Assembly (NCBI GenBank): GCA_025839675.1
Contig: CP104013.1
Coordinates: forward strand, 3,030,001-3,062,000
Length of the DNA: 32,000 nt
Reading direction: 5' to 3'
Source: Candidatus Lokiarchaeum ossiferum
Lineage (GTDB): Archaea > Asgardarchaeota > Lokiarchaeia > Sigyniarchaeales > Promethearchaeaceae
This document shows positions 16,905-26,221 of this stretch, one piece after another. Positions within the stretch are counted from its first letter, which is position 1. Each line of letters begins with the position of its first letter. The translations under genes were made by a program, and so were the position numbers. Under the pieces are notes generated by a model. It did not search any database. It was given only the letters and a program-made list of their open reading frames with translations, and was not told where the DNA came from.

Positions 16905-18035
16905 TTAGATATTGGCTTTCTTCAATTTGGTTAATAAATATATCACTAACATAGAGATACCTGCAATTTCATAAACACCGGGGATTATTTGCCTGATATA
17001 GCTAACTTGGGCAGGATTTCTTCCTTCACCTCGAGCTGTATTTACAATGGAAAGCCCCCCTTTACCTAAGATTAATACATCATCCCCAAATGGAAGAATT
17101 GAGCGCATACCTCGTCGATCAACGAAGTCACACTGTTCAATAACACTCGGAAGATTGCTAATATCCAGAGTTTTCAACCCAGCGAAATAGTCGGCGATAT
17201 AAAGAGTGGAATCTTCCATTAAAACAGATCGAGGAATACTATTTGAAAATACACTAATTCTGTATATATTGGTTAAATCGCTAATATTAAAAATAACCAT
17301 CCCATGAATTCCATCCGAAACAAACATCAAATCATTTGAAACAGATACGGTACGAGCTTCATCAATTATACTTATATAACCATAATCATCCACTTGCGAG
17401 ACTAATTGAGGAGAAGTTGGATCTTCGACATCATAAATAACTACACCTTGCCCATAGCTGGCTAAAAATACAATTCCATCTTGATATGCAATTCCACGTT
17501 CATTTTGATCAATTAATAGGATTGGTGTTTCTGATAGCTTTTGAATATGTGAAGGGTCGCTCACATTCAAAATGAGAAATGACTCCCGAGTATTTAAATA
17601 TGCAATTCCCTCGTTAACATATATCCCACAGATCATGCTTTCCCGGTCATAATGACCAATTTCTACAATATTAATGGGATCAGTAACATCATAGATCGAA
17701 AGATTTTTGTAATTAAGAAGATAATATGTATGATTCACCAGAAAATGATCAGTTACATACGTATTGGGGACATTTACCTGATTAATCAGTTCGGGATTAT
17801 TTGAATCACTAAAATTATAGACCTTAAATCCATACAATTCATATGAAATGAAGGCAATATCATTATGAAGCGAAACTTTGACCCCATCATCACGACCAAC
17901 ATCTAAATACATTTCTTCGGTTGTGTCGTACCATATCCGAGTAGTAGAAATCTGAAAATAAATCCCTAATCCTCCAGAGAGGAGGACTAAGACGATTGAA
18001 AAAGTGATTAATAATTTTTTTTTATAAGCTTCCAT
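16905..18035 (-). CDS. Membrane-anchored LVIVD-repeat beta-propeller protein
   Basis: The N-terminal signal or anchor is KKLLITFSIVLVLLSGGLGIYF. Six to seven repeats of the LVIVD type are present: FKVYNFSDSNNPELI, LSIYDVTDPINIVEI, FLILNVSDPSHIQKL, VVIYDVEDPTSPQLV, MVIFNISDLTNIYRI and LKTLDISNLPSVIEQ. The C-terminus reads PGVYEIAGISMLVIYLLTKLKKANI. Confidence 0.7.
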   Translation of the reverse strand: MEAYKKKLLITFSIVLVLLSGGLGIYFQISTTRIWYDTTEEMYLDVGRDDGVKVSLHNDIAFISYELYGFKVYNFSDSNNPELINQVNVPNTYVTDHFLVNHTYYLLNYKNLSIYDVTDPINIVEIGHYDRESMICGIYVNEGIAYLNTRESFLILNVSDPSHIQKLSETPILLIDQNERGIAYQDGIVFLASYGQGVVIYDVEDPTSPQLVSQVDDYGYISIIDEARTVSVSNDLMFVSDGIHGMVIFNISDLTNIYRISVFSNSIPRSVLMEDSTLYIADYFAGLKTLDISNLPSVIEQCDFVDRRGMRSILPFGDDVLILGKGGLSIVNTARGEGRNPAQVSYIRQIIPGVYEIAGISMLVIYLLTKLKKANI

Positions 18036-18330
18036 GCTAGCACTTCCTTATTCTTACAATAGTCATGGATTTTTCATTTATAAATATTTTTCATTTCTTC
18101 TGAATTTTAGTCCATAATTTTTGATATATTTATTCTCGCTTCTAGAAATTTTTTACTGAGTTTAAGGGAGTAAAATGATCAAAGAGCAAAATTTTAGCAA
18201 AATTCATTGATTCCATTTTTCTGAAGAATCACTTAACGATTTGTTTATATTAAAAGGAAGATTAAATTTGAAAAGCAAAAGCAAGACCAAACTCATTTTT
18301 CAATTTATGGAAAATAATCAAGAAAGCACT

Positions 18331-18438
18331 AGACCGTTTATTTTCTTTTTGCAAAAAATAGAAAAAGAAAATATTTATATAGTCGGAGTTTTTAAATAAA
18401 AATAAGACCCTTGCAAAAAATGGAAAAAGCAAGAAAAT
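18331..18438 (+). repeat. Imperfect direct repeat in a long intergenic leader
   Basis: Copy 1 is agacc..ttgcaaaaaatagaaaaagaaaat (core at 18349-18372). Copy 2 is agaccc-ttgcaaaaaatggaaaaagcaagaaaat (core at 18411-18438). The cores are 62 bp apart and differ by one substitution and a 4-nt indel. Confidence 0.6.
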
Positions 18439-18507
18439 GTTTCAATGGTCTCAATTCTAATAATGATTCAAATTTATCAAAATCAGTGATATAAAGGAAG
18501 AAAACTA

Positions 18508-18738
18508 ATGGCAAACCCAAAAATATCGAGAAAAGTTTATCGAAATTTGCTTATTTTCATGTTTTGCACAGCAATCTTCGATTTAATTGTAGGTTTAATA
18601 TCGGGACCGAATTATTTTTTAATTTTAATGGCAGGATCGTTGATTGTATCCTCATCGGGCATTTCAGCATTAATAATCAAACAATCAACCGAAATCCTTG
18701 ATGTAACTAACCTTGGAGAAGAGCAAAATGGAATCTAA
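18508..18738 (+). CDS. Small 2-TM membrane protein
   Basis: 76 aa with two hydrophobic helices (LLIFMFCTAIFDLIVGLISG and YFLILMAGSLIVSSSGISALII). Its 3' end overlaps the start of the CPBP gene by 11 nt. Confidence 0.45.
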   Translation: MANPKISRKVYRNLLIFMFCTAIFDLIVGLISGPNYFLILMAGSLIVSSSGISALIIKQSTEILDVTNLGEEQNGI

Positions 18739-19492
18739 AAATGATACTAGTGTAGTGACACTCGAGACTATTTGGGATAAGGATGGTCGGGAAGATATTC
18801 GTATCTCCAAAAAAAGTAATCCCATTTGGTTGACACTTCTTATAACTGTGATTGTGGCAGGCATTTTTTTAGTTATTCAAAATTTAACCTATGACCCAGT
18901 AGTGAATTGGCTTGGAATGACGGGATTTACGCTGCTTACGGGTTTTACTGCATTGGTAGTCTGGGGTGGAGGTTTGATAGCTTTTGGAATCATGACAAAA
19001 CGACTGACTTGGGAAGATGTTAAAGCAAAACCTGTCCAATTTGGCGGGATAAAGTGGATCGCTAGAACGTTTGGAATTGCAATTTTGTCATATATTGCCT
19101 CCATTATTATCTCTGTAGTGATGGTAAGTATTTTACCCGTTCAACCCAATGAAGTTCGAGCAGAAATTGTGATGGGGGGAGGAAATCTTGCGATTGGAGT
19201 TCTTACAGCATCAATTCTAGTACCCATCGCTGAAGAACTATTTTTCCGGGGATATCTATTTACATCCCTACGAAAACGTAGTAGTTTCTGGATTGCAGCC
19301 ATAATTAGTTCGGCCTGCTTTGGATTAATACATGGAGATCCTATAGCTATAGTTTATGCATTCATGTTAGGACTAATTATCGCAGGAGTATATGAAAAAA
19401 GCAAATCAATTTACATTTCAATTTTACTTCACATGTTAATTAATTTTATTTCCACCATGGTAGGGATGTTAATTCAAACCTACTTGATGTGA
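18728..19492 (+). CDS. CPBP family intramembrane glutamic endopeptidase (CAAX protease / Abi-like)
   Basis: All three CPBP motifs are present: EELFFRGYLF (EExxxR), FGLIHG (FxxxH) and HMLINF (HxxxN). It is a multi-pass membrane protein. The track TTG start at 18713 was trimmed to the ATG at 18728, with GGAG 9 nt upstream. Confidence 0.85.
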   Translation: MESKNDTSVVTLETIWDKDGREDIRISKKSNPIWLTLLITVIVAGIFLVIQNLTYDPVVNWLGMTGFTLLTGFTALVVWGGGLIAFGIMTKRLTWEDVKAKPVQFGGIKWIARTFGIAILSYIASIIISVVMVSILPVQPNEVRAEIVMGGGNLAIGVLTASILVPIAEELFFRGYLFTSLRKRSSFWIAAIISSACFGLIHGDPIAIVYAFMLGLIIAGVYEKSKSIYISILLHMLINFISTMVGMLIQTYLM

Positions 19493-19500
19493 TTTTTTTT
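19493..19500 (+). terminator. Oligo-T (T8) tract directly after the CPBP stop
   Basis: A T8 run starts at the base after the TGA at 19490-19492. It may be a terminator or attenuator separating the CPBP unit from the ABC genes. Confidence 0.35.
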
Positions 19501-19536
19501 ATTGAGAAAAAATAAAAGCAACGTAGGAAAAATAAA

Positions 19537-20334
19537 ATGGCCACAAACGAAGAGGTACTCTTAAAAGTTGATCATTTATCAAAATCTTTTGAAAATGTTC
19601 ACGCTGTTGATGGATTGTCACTTGAAATTAAACGAGGAAAAATTTTTGGATTATTAGGTCCAAATGGAGCGGGAAAGACAACAACGGTTAAAATGCTGTT
19701 AGGACTCTTGGAACCTGATGAGGGAGAAATCTCAATTTTAGGATTACACCCCGAACGAGATGAGATTGAACTGAAAAATCGTATTGGTTATGTATCTGAA
19801 GAACCATTAATTTATAAATCTCTAACACCTAAAGAATTATTCAACTTCATCGCTTCTATCCGAAAATTAGATGGAGAAAAAGTTACCCAAAAATTGGCGG
19901 AATATTTGGAAGGATTGAGTGCAATCGAGTATTATGAGCGACTAATTTCTACCTTATCCCGAGGAAATAAACAAAAAATTCAAATAATTGCCGCTTTAAT
20001 GCATGATCCTGCTCTATTGATCATGGATGAGCCGTTATCAGGTTTAGATGCGAAATCAGTAAAAGTTGTGAAGGAAATTTTAGAATTACATACACAACGG
20101 GGAGGATCAGTTTTATTTTCAACCCACATCATGGAAATTGCAGAAGACTTATGTGATGAAATAGCGATAATAAACAAGGGTCAAGTTGTAGCTCAAGGAA
20201 CTGTTGCAGAGTTACGACAACGTGCAAACATGTTAGACGAAAAGATGGATTTGGAAGATATTTTCTTGAAATTAACTGATCAAGATGAATCCATAAATCA
20301 TATCGTTGAAAAATTACGCGCAACTATATATTAA
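19537..20334 (+). CDS. ABC transporter ATP-binding protein (ABC-2/DrrA-like)
   Basis: It has Walker A GPNGAGKTT, the signature LSRGNKQK, Walker B LLIMDEPLSGLD and the H-loop FSTHIM. Confidence 0.92.
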   Translation: MATNEEVLLKVDHLSKSFENVHAVDGLSLEIKRGKIFGLLGPNGAGKTTTVKMLLGLLEPDEGEISILGLHPERDEIELKNRIGYVSEEPLIYKSLTPKELFNFIASIRKLDGEKVTQKLAEYLEGLSAIEYYERLISTLSRGNKQKIQIIAALMHDPALLIMDEPLSGLDAKSVKVVKEILELHTQRGGSVLFSTHIMEIAEDLCDEIAIINKGQVVAQGTVAELRQRANMLDEKMDLEDIFLKLTDQDESINHIVEKLRATIY

Positions 20335-20353
20335 TAGAAGAGTGAAAATCAGA

Positions 20354-22072
20354 ATGAATAACAAACAGCTCTATCAAATCTCGAAATATTCTTACAATGA
20401 AGCCTATTTACAAAGCCAATTGAATATGGCAGGGGCAAATTTGAATACTATAATGGAGAAGATGGAAAAAAATAAAAATTATTTGAAAACCATGAATATT
20501 ATAACCAAAATAATCATGGTTGTATATGTATCCCTTCTTATTTTTCTCCCAATCACAGTTTTTATGAATATTAACACAGCCATCGATTTGGGTTATGATT
20601 CATGGGCCTATTTCTTGGGAAGTACAGTTATGGGAGCTTATTTCTTGGTTCAAGTATTATATATGTTGATGTTTGGTCTCTTTTATATAACTGGATTATT
20701 CTCCGGAGATGTTTTCAAATGGCTTTCAACCTTACCAGTTAAGAAGGATGAGATGGGAAAAATCTGTATATGGACATTCTTCCGTGGAGTTGATGCTCCA
20801 CTAATAGCCTTAATGTTAGTATTTCCAATCGCAACAATTATTGTGACTCAAAACATATTAGTATTTATTGCGAGTATTTTTATTTCTGGATTAAACACCT
20901 TGTTTGCTTTTTCGATGTTGATCATCTTAGGTAAAAAATTTACTAATCTGGTAAAAAGTGCAGATGCCAATTCTAAAAAGAATCGAACTATTCAAATAGC
21001 CTACTATATAATATACATGGTGGTTACTTTCATTGCGGTCTTAGGATTTCAGAATATCATGCCAGCAATAGAACCACTGTTTGAAAAAGAAATTGTAAAT
21101 ATGGAAATTGTTCTTTCATTGAATCAAATCATTTCATGGATACCATTTCCACTAAGTGGCGGTTCATTATTAACTGGAGCATTAATAGGATTTAGCAAAA
21201 TACCGACAATCTCAATTATTTCATCATTTCTAGGATTAGGAGTATTTTTACTATTAGACATCTATTTAGTCAAAAAAGCCTCAAAAGTTCTCACAGATAT
21301 AGTTTATGCCAAAGAAACCCGAAAAGGAGAAGAATTAAAGGAAAGTACTGTAAAAGATGTTCAACTAACAATAATTTCTCCGTTGCAATCTTATCGATCG
21401 AAAGATATCCAAATGGTAGGGCGGGATTTTCAATCTTTGATGATGCTATTAATGCCAGCAATTTTACCGACTCTTGGGTACATAGTAGGATTAACAATGA
21501 ATGATGAATCAGGAGATTCATTTTCAGCATTTAGTACAATATTCATCCTTTATGGAATGATGGGTGCATTTATGCAAACTGTTGGTTTATTTAACCTCGA
21601 AAATTCGGGAGCAACTATTACAGCAACCTTACCAATAATTCCACGAGATCAAGCGAAGGGAAAATTGCAAATAATGTTTACTGTCTGTATATTTTCAGTT
21701 ATAATTCCTGGAATCTTCCTCATTTTCACAAACCCAGTGGAAAATTGGTACTTTATTTACTTTGCAATTCTACCTATTCCATTATTGAGTATTGTTTTGG
21801 TTTTCCTTTTGAGAGTTCGCTTTTTTGGAAAATTGAAATATAAATATGTATTAGAAGAAGTACATTTGGAGAATAAAGCAAGTAAAATGATTGGAATAGG
21901 GGCGATTTGTTTAGTTTTTGGAGTGTTTATTTCTATTCTAGTTGGAGTATTTATCTCTGAAGTGGATCTCTGGATCTTTGTTTCGACTCTATTATCTTCT
22001 GAAATAGTAATTGGAGCAATTTTCTATTATATCTTTAATAGGATGTTCCCTCGCGCAAAAATCTTTCAATAG
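20354..22072 (+). CDS. Large polytopic ABC-associated permease (about 12 TM)
   Basis: 572 aa, with many hydrophobic helices throughout. It lies immediately downstream of the ABC ATPase. The start was trimmed to the ATG at 20354, which removes the overlap with the ATPase gene. No family motif is recognised. Confidence 0.7.
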   Translation: MNNKQLYQISKYSYNEAYLQSQLNMAGANLNTIMEKMEKNKNYLKTMNIITKIIMVVYVSLLIFLPITVFMNINTAIDLGYDSWAYFLGSTVMGAYFLVQVLYMLMFGLFYITGLFSGDVFKWLSTLPVKKDEMGKICIWTFFRGVDAPLIALMLVFPIATIIVTQNILVFIASIFISGLNTLFAFSMLIILGKKFTNLVKSADANSKKNRTIQIAYYIIYMVVTFIAVLGFQNIMPAIEPLFEKEIVNMEIVLSLNQIISWIPFPLSGGSLLTGALIGFSKIPTISIISSFLGLGVFLLLDIYLVKKASKVLTDIVYAKETRKGEELKESTVKDVQLTIISPLQSYRSKDIQMVGRDFQSLMMLLMPAILPTLGYIVGLTMNDESGDSFSAFSTIFILYGMMGAFMQTVGLFNLENSGATITATLPIIPRDQAKGKLQIMFTVCIFSVIIPGIFLIFTNPVENWYFIYFAILPIPLLSIVLVFLLRVRFFGKLKYKYVLEEVHLENKASKMIGIGAICLVFGVFISILVGVFISEVDLWIFVSTLLSSEIVIGAIFYYIFNRMFPRAKIFQ

Positions 22073-22131
22073 ACAAACAAGTTTATTTGAAAATATACCT
22101 TTTTTAAATTTATTCAAACTTTGGTGTGTAA

Positions 22132-22497
22132 ATGACGACGGAAAAAAATGCTTCGGGAAAAGAAAATAAATTAGCAAATTTAGACCCGTCCACACCCTTT
22201 ATTCCCGCATCTGAATTAGTTATCGATAATTTAGAAGCGATTTCATTAATCAAACATGATAAAAAGAAGTTACTTTTGGAATTACTATTACATGAAGAAA
22301 AAACAATAATGGACATGAGCAAAGAAACAGGATGGAATCCTGGCACGGTGAAACGTCATTTGAGTGATCTTGTGGAAGGGGGATTGGTAACTCCATCCAA
22401 AATTGTGGTTAATGAATTTCGAATCAAGTTGAAATATTATCGTGCTACTGCCCGTCAATTTCGATTTCAATTCATTTGGCCCCCTCAGGAAAAATAG
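22132..22497 (+). CDS. ArsR-like winged helix-turn-helix transcriptional regulator
   Basis: LEAISLIKHDKKKLLLELLLHEEKTIMDMSKETGWNPGTVKRHLSDLVEGGLV shows the typical ArsR/SmtB-type HTH layout. 121 aa. Confidence 0.7.
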   Translation: MTTEKNASGKENKLANLDPSTPFIPASELVIDNLEAISLIKHDKKKLLLELLLHEEKTIMDMSKETGWNPGTVKRHLSDLVEGGLVTPSKIVVNEFRIKLKYYRATARQFRFQFIWPPQEK

Positions 22498-22547
22498 AAA
22501 TTTATCTTAAAAGAATATTTATAATAAAATATACAAGGTTAAAATTT

Positions 22548-23417
22548 ATGAGTACAACTCCATTACCCAATTCGATAATTCCAAACCAAACGGAAAACCC
22601 TTCAGTGACCGATATTAAGGTTAGCTGGCGATCATTGAAACAAAATATTAAAGCGTTCTTAGGAATTGCATCTTTTTCCCTTGGAGCGACCTTCTTATGT
22701 ATGATTTTTGTTACAGTAATTGTTTTGATTGTCCTTTTAAATATGTATGATAGTTCCATAGTATATGATGAGCTATATACTACCCTAATCACCTATTTTA
22801 TGTTACCTATCGAATTAATCATTCTTTGGGGATTTTTCGGGTCAGGTTATGGATTGGCTTACGATATTATGTCTTCGGGGGATGGATTTGCGGAAGCAAA
22901 AAGTGGATTTCTCTATTTCCAAAAATTTTGGTGGCAATACATTGTTTTAGCTTTAATTTCGAATATAAGTGTATTTTTGACCATTTTTCCGGCTATTCCA
23001 ATTTCAAATATGAGCTTGCTTCAACAGTTTCTGTATTTTTTCAGTGTCCATCTTTTGACTTTCGCTACCAATACTATTTTCTTTCTGACATTTCCTTCAC
23101 TAACCGCCCAAGGTTCTTTTATTAAATGCTTTAAAGAGAACTTTGCAATATTGCGCAATCACTTTAAACGGGTCGTTTCTTCAATGGGACTTATCTATCT
23201 GATCTTAAATTTACCGATTGGAATCTTAAGTTCGGTGTATTTTTCAAATCTTAATTATTTCGATGGCTCTCCAACCATAATTACTACAGTATTTATGATA
23301 TTAGCAACTTTATTTGGATACTCAATAGTAAATCCTATGTGGAACTTAGTGGCTACACGGGTTTACAACAGTTTTACCGAAATGGATGACGGAATTACAA
23401 TTAAAACTCTCTTTTAA
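22548..23417 (+). CDS. Polytopic (about 6 TM) membrane protein of unknown function
   Basis: 289 aa from the ATG at 22548 (MSTTPLPNS). Six hydrophobic segments were counted by eye. The track start at 22476 overlaps the wHTH gene and was rejected. Confidence 0.55.
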   Translation: MSTTPLPNSIIPNQTENPSVTDIKVSWRSLKQNIKAFLGIASFSLGATFLCMIFVTVIVLIVLLNMYDSSIVYDELYTTLITYFMLPIELIILWGFFGSGYGLAYDIMSSGDGFAEAKSGFLYFQKFWWQYIVLALISNISVFLTIFPAIPISNMSLLQQFLYFFSVHLLTFATNTIFFLTFPSLTAQGSFIKCFKENFAILRNHFKRVVSSMGLIYLILNLPIGILSSVYFSNLNYFDGSPTIITTVFMILATLFGYSIVNPMWNLVATRVYNSFTEMDDGITIKTLF

Positions 23418-23501
23418 ACACTTTTTTTTGATTTTAAATCTAAAAACTTTTTATCGGTTGGATATTCGCCTAACTAGAGATATTTTTAGAAAGTGATTAT
23501 T

Positions 23502-25970
23502 ATGCAAAACTTGCATTACAAACTACATTTAGAACCAAATTTAGAAACTTTCATCTTTCAAGGAACTACAACCATCAGTTTTACTTCGGAGAAAGAATTG
23601 AATGAAATTTCGCTCAATGCGAAAGAGCTGGGTATTTTTTCATGCAAACTATTAAAGAAGGAAAAAAAAGAAAAATGCTCCTTTATGCTAAATCCAGAAA
23701 AAGACCAGTTAATGATCAATTTCAAGGAACCTAAACAAGGAGAAATCCAAATTGAAATCAATTACCATGGTATTATTAACGCCAATATGCTGGGATTTTA
23801 TCGGAGTCGATATGAAACAAAAGATGGTGTCAAATATAATGCAGTGACTCAATTTGAAGAACGAGAAGCTCGACAAGCTTTCCCTGGATTTGATCACCCA
23901 TCAAAAAAAGCAACTTTTGATATAGAATTTGTGATCGATGAAAATCTAAAAGGTATTGCAAATACACCCATTAAAGAAGAAAAATCACTAGAAAATGGGA
24001 AGAAATTAATTATTTTCGAGCAAACACCAAGAATGAGCACCTACCTTTTATTTTTTGGAGTGGGAGATTATAGTTTTATCGAAGATAATTCAAAATTACC
24101 ACATATTCGCGCAGTAGCAGTTCCAGATAAAATAGAATATGGGCAATTTGGGTTGGAATTTGGAAGAAAATCAATGGATTGGTTAGAGGATTACACGGGA
24201 ATCCCTTTTCCTATTAAAAAATGTGATTACATTGCTGTTTCCGACTTTGCTTTTGGAGCGATGGAAAACTATGGAGCCATAACCTTCCGAGAAAATGCTC
24301 TTTTAGTATATCCAGGAAAAACATCTATACCGCAACTTAGCAGAATAGCAGACGTGATTGCCCATGAAACAGCCCATATGTGGTTTGGAGATTTAGTAAG
24401 CCCAAAAGATTGGAAATACATATGGTTAAATGAATCCTTTGCATCTTATTTCACAGTTGCAGTTCCGAATGCTTATTATCCTGAATGGAAATTATGGGAT
24501 CAATTTACCCTCAGCTCCACCCTCGATGGACTCGAACGAGATTCATTAGTTGACACCATTCCTGTAGAATTACCAGGAGATGAAGAAGCAAATATTGATT
24601 TTTCCACAGCACCGATCATTTACAACAAAGGAGCTGCCATTATTCGTATGCTCGTGGGATATTTAGGTGCAGAGAAATTTAAAACCGGTGTGAATTACTT
24701 CTTGAAGAAATATGAATTTGAATGTGCAAATTCTGAGGAATATTGGGAGGCTTTTGAAAAAGCGACACAAGAACCAATTAAAGAATTTGCAGATTCATGG
24801 GTTCATCAACGTGGGTTCCCAATGATTACCGTGGAACGCAATGAAAAAGAATGTACTTTAACTCAAGAACGCTTTACATATTTACCAAATGAGGAAAATT
24901 CAAAATGGTTAATTCCACTGAATATCCAATATTATAATGAATTGGGAGAAATTCAGCGGGAGAAAGTCATTTTGGATGAGAAAACAAAAAAAATTACACT
25001 TCCTGAAGGAATTCATGCACTGAAATTGAATGCAGATCAAGATAGTTTCTATCGAGTCAAATATTCAGATAGTATTTTAGAATTGCAAGGAAAACAAATT
25101 TCTTCTAAAAAAATGCCTCATATGGATCGCTTCGGGATTGAAAATGATTTATTTGCCTTCGTTAAGAAGGGTGACTATACAATTGCACAGTATTTAGATA
25201 TTTTAGAGAAATATTTCGGAACAGAAGAAGATGATTTGGTCTTAATTGACATCGCGCGAAATCTTGGTACACTCTATAACATCAAGGAAGAGTTTGTTGA
25301 AAGAATTAAGAAATTTGGAATCTCACTATTTGAACGAAAACTTGAATTATTAGGATATGAGCCGAAAATAGATGATTCACTCCAAGGAGCTAGTTTAAGA
25401 AATAGCTTACTTTGGTTGCTCTTTAAATTTGGTTCTGAGAAAGTGATCAAGTTTGGAGTCAAGAAATTCAAAGCGTTACTTGCTGGAGAAACCGTACATC
25501 CAGATATATTGGGAAGTGTTCTTCAAATAGGATCGGTAGCAGTTCCTGAAGGAAAAGCTTATTTACTTAAAATGTTGGTTTCACAGGAAACACCAGAAAT
25601 GCAGAAACTATCTGCTCTTTCATCTTTAGGAAGCTCTGACAAACGTGAAAATTTGGAAGAATTCTTAAAACTTGGGTTTGATCAAGTACCTCCTAAAAAT
25701 CGGGTGCAAGTTTTAGCGACTATAGCAGGAAATAAATCTGCAATTCCATGGTTGTGGCAATGGTTTAAGGATAATTTCAAAACAATACAAGGTGGAATGC
25801 CCATTTTCCATGTGGGGATGGCGATTCCAATGATCACAAGGTACGCTGGAATCGGTCATGAAGAAGATGTTAAAAAATTCATCTCTGAGAAAGTGAAAGA
25901 ATTTCCAATGTTTGATGCAACAGCCAAAATGGGTTTAGAAATGCTGGAGATTTATTCCAGAATCCATTGA
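23502..25970 (+). CDS. M1 family zinc aminopeptidase (aminopeptidase N / tricorn-interacting factor F2/F3-like)
   Basis: It has the exopeptidase motif GAMENYG and the zinc site HETAHMWFGDLV...WLNESFA (HExxH-18-E). About 822 aa with an ERAP1-like helical C-terminal domain. The ATG is at 23502. Confidence 0.92.
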   Translation: MQNLHYKLHLEPNLETFIFQGTTTISFTSEKELNEISLNAKELGIFSCKLLKKEKKEKCSFMLNPEKDQLMINFKEPKQGEIQIEINYHGIINANMLGFYRSRYETKDGVKYNAVTQFEEREARQAFPGFDHPSKKATFDIEFVIDENLKGIANTPIKEEKSLENGKKLIIFEQTPRMSTYLLFFGVGDYSFIEDNSKLPHIRAVAVPDKIEYGQFGLEFGRKSMDWLEDYTGIPFPIKKCDYIAVSDFAFGAMENYGAITFRENALLVYPGKTSIPQLSRIADVIAHETAHMWFGDLVSPKDWKYIWLNESFASYFTVAVPNAYYPEWKLWDQFTLSSTLDGLERDSLVDTIPVELPGDEEANIDFSTAPIIYNKGAAIIRMLVGYLGAEKFKTGVNYFLKKYEFECANSEEYWEAFEKATQEPIKEFADSWVHQRGFPMITVERNEKECTLTQERFTYLPNEENSKWLIPLNIQYYNELGEIQREKVILDEKTKKITLPEGIHALKLNADQDSFYRVKYSDSILELQGKQISSKKMPHMDRFGIENDLFAFVKKGDYTIAQYLDILEKYFGTEEDDLVLIDIARNLGTLYNIKEEFVERIKKFGISLFERKLELLGYEPKIDDSLQGASLRNSLLWLLFKFGSEKVIKFGVKKFKALLAGETVHPDILGSVLQIGSVAVPEGKAYLLKMLVSQETPEMQKLSALSSLGSSDKRENLEEFLKLGFDQVPPKNRVQVLATIAGNKSAIPWLWQWFKDNFKTIQGGMPIFHVGMAIPMITRYAGIGHEEDVKKFISEKVKEFPMFDATAKMGLEMLEIYSRIH

Positions 25971-25992
25971 AACGAATGAAATAGAAAAATCC

Positions 25993-26000
25993 TTTTTTTT
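25993..26000 (+). terminator. Oligo-T (T8) tract after the aminopeptidase gene
   Basis: A T8 run lies 23 nt after the stop at 25970, with further T-rich sequence beyond it. Confidence 0.4.
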
Positions 26001-26221
26001 ATCTTTACTTCTTTTTATATTATTGTTTTAATAAAAAATATTGATTGCTTAACTACCAGCGGTTATGTGATATTGTCGGAAATTGTCGTAATGTTGCAAA
26101 GGTTTAAATTATTGATTGATCAAATGAAATTTAGTTGTTATTTACGTCATAACAAATTTCTTTAATACCAAGCAAACACAACATCAAACTACGAAATAAA
26201 AAAGAGTGAGTGATACCTATA

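Noticed and set aside
18015-18023. An A9 (minus-strand) homopolymer at codons 5-7 of the LVIVD surface protein, as a phase-variation switch.
   Set aside because: Lys-encoding A-runs of this length occur repeatedly in this AT-rich window (for example 888-895, and several in the ATPase). Without population or read data there is no evidence of length variation. It is mentioned only within the LVIVD finding.
15960-18507. Possible integrated mobile element or genomic island anchored at tRNA-Val.
   Set aside because: No integrase, transposase or viral gene is present, and I could not find a direct repeat of the tRNA 3' end by eye in the window. Only the weak observation of poorly conserved genes next to the tRNA remains. 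It is reported as a low-confidence finding, not as a mobile element.
26135-26155. Inverted repeat TTGTTAT-ttacgtc-ATAACAA, and the nearby tandem ATTGTCG(gaa)ATTGTCG (about 26077-26097), in the 240-bp gap upstream of the small ORF at 26222.
   Set aside because: A 7-bp all-AT/GT stem and a 7-nt tandem are expected by chance in AT-rich intergenic DNA. There is no flanking T-tract or conserved context to call a terminator, operator or ncRNA.
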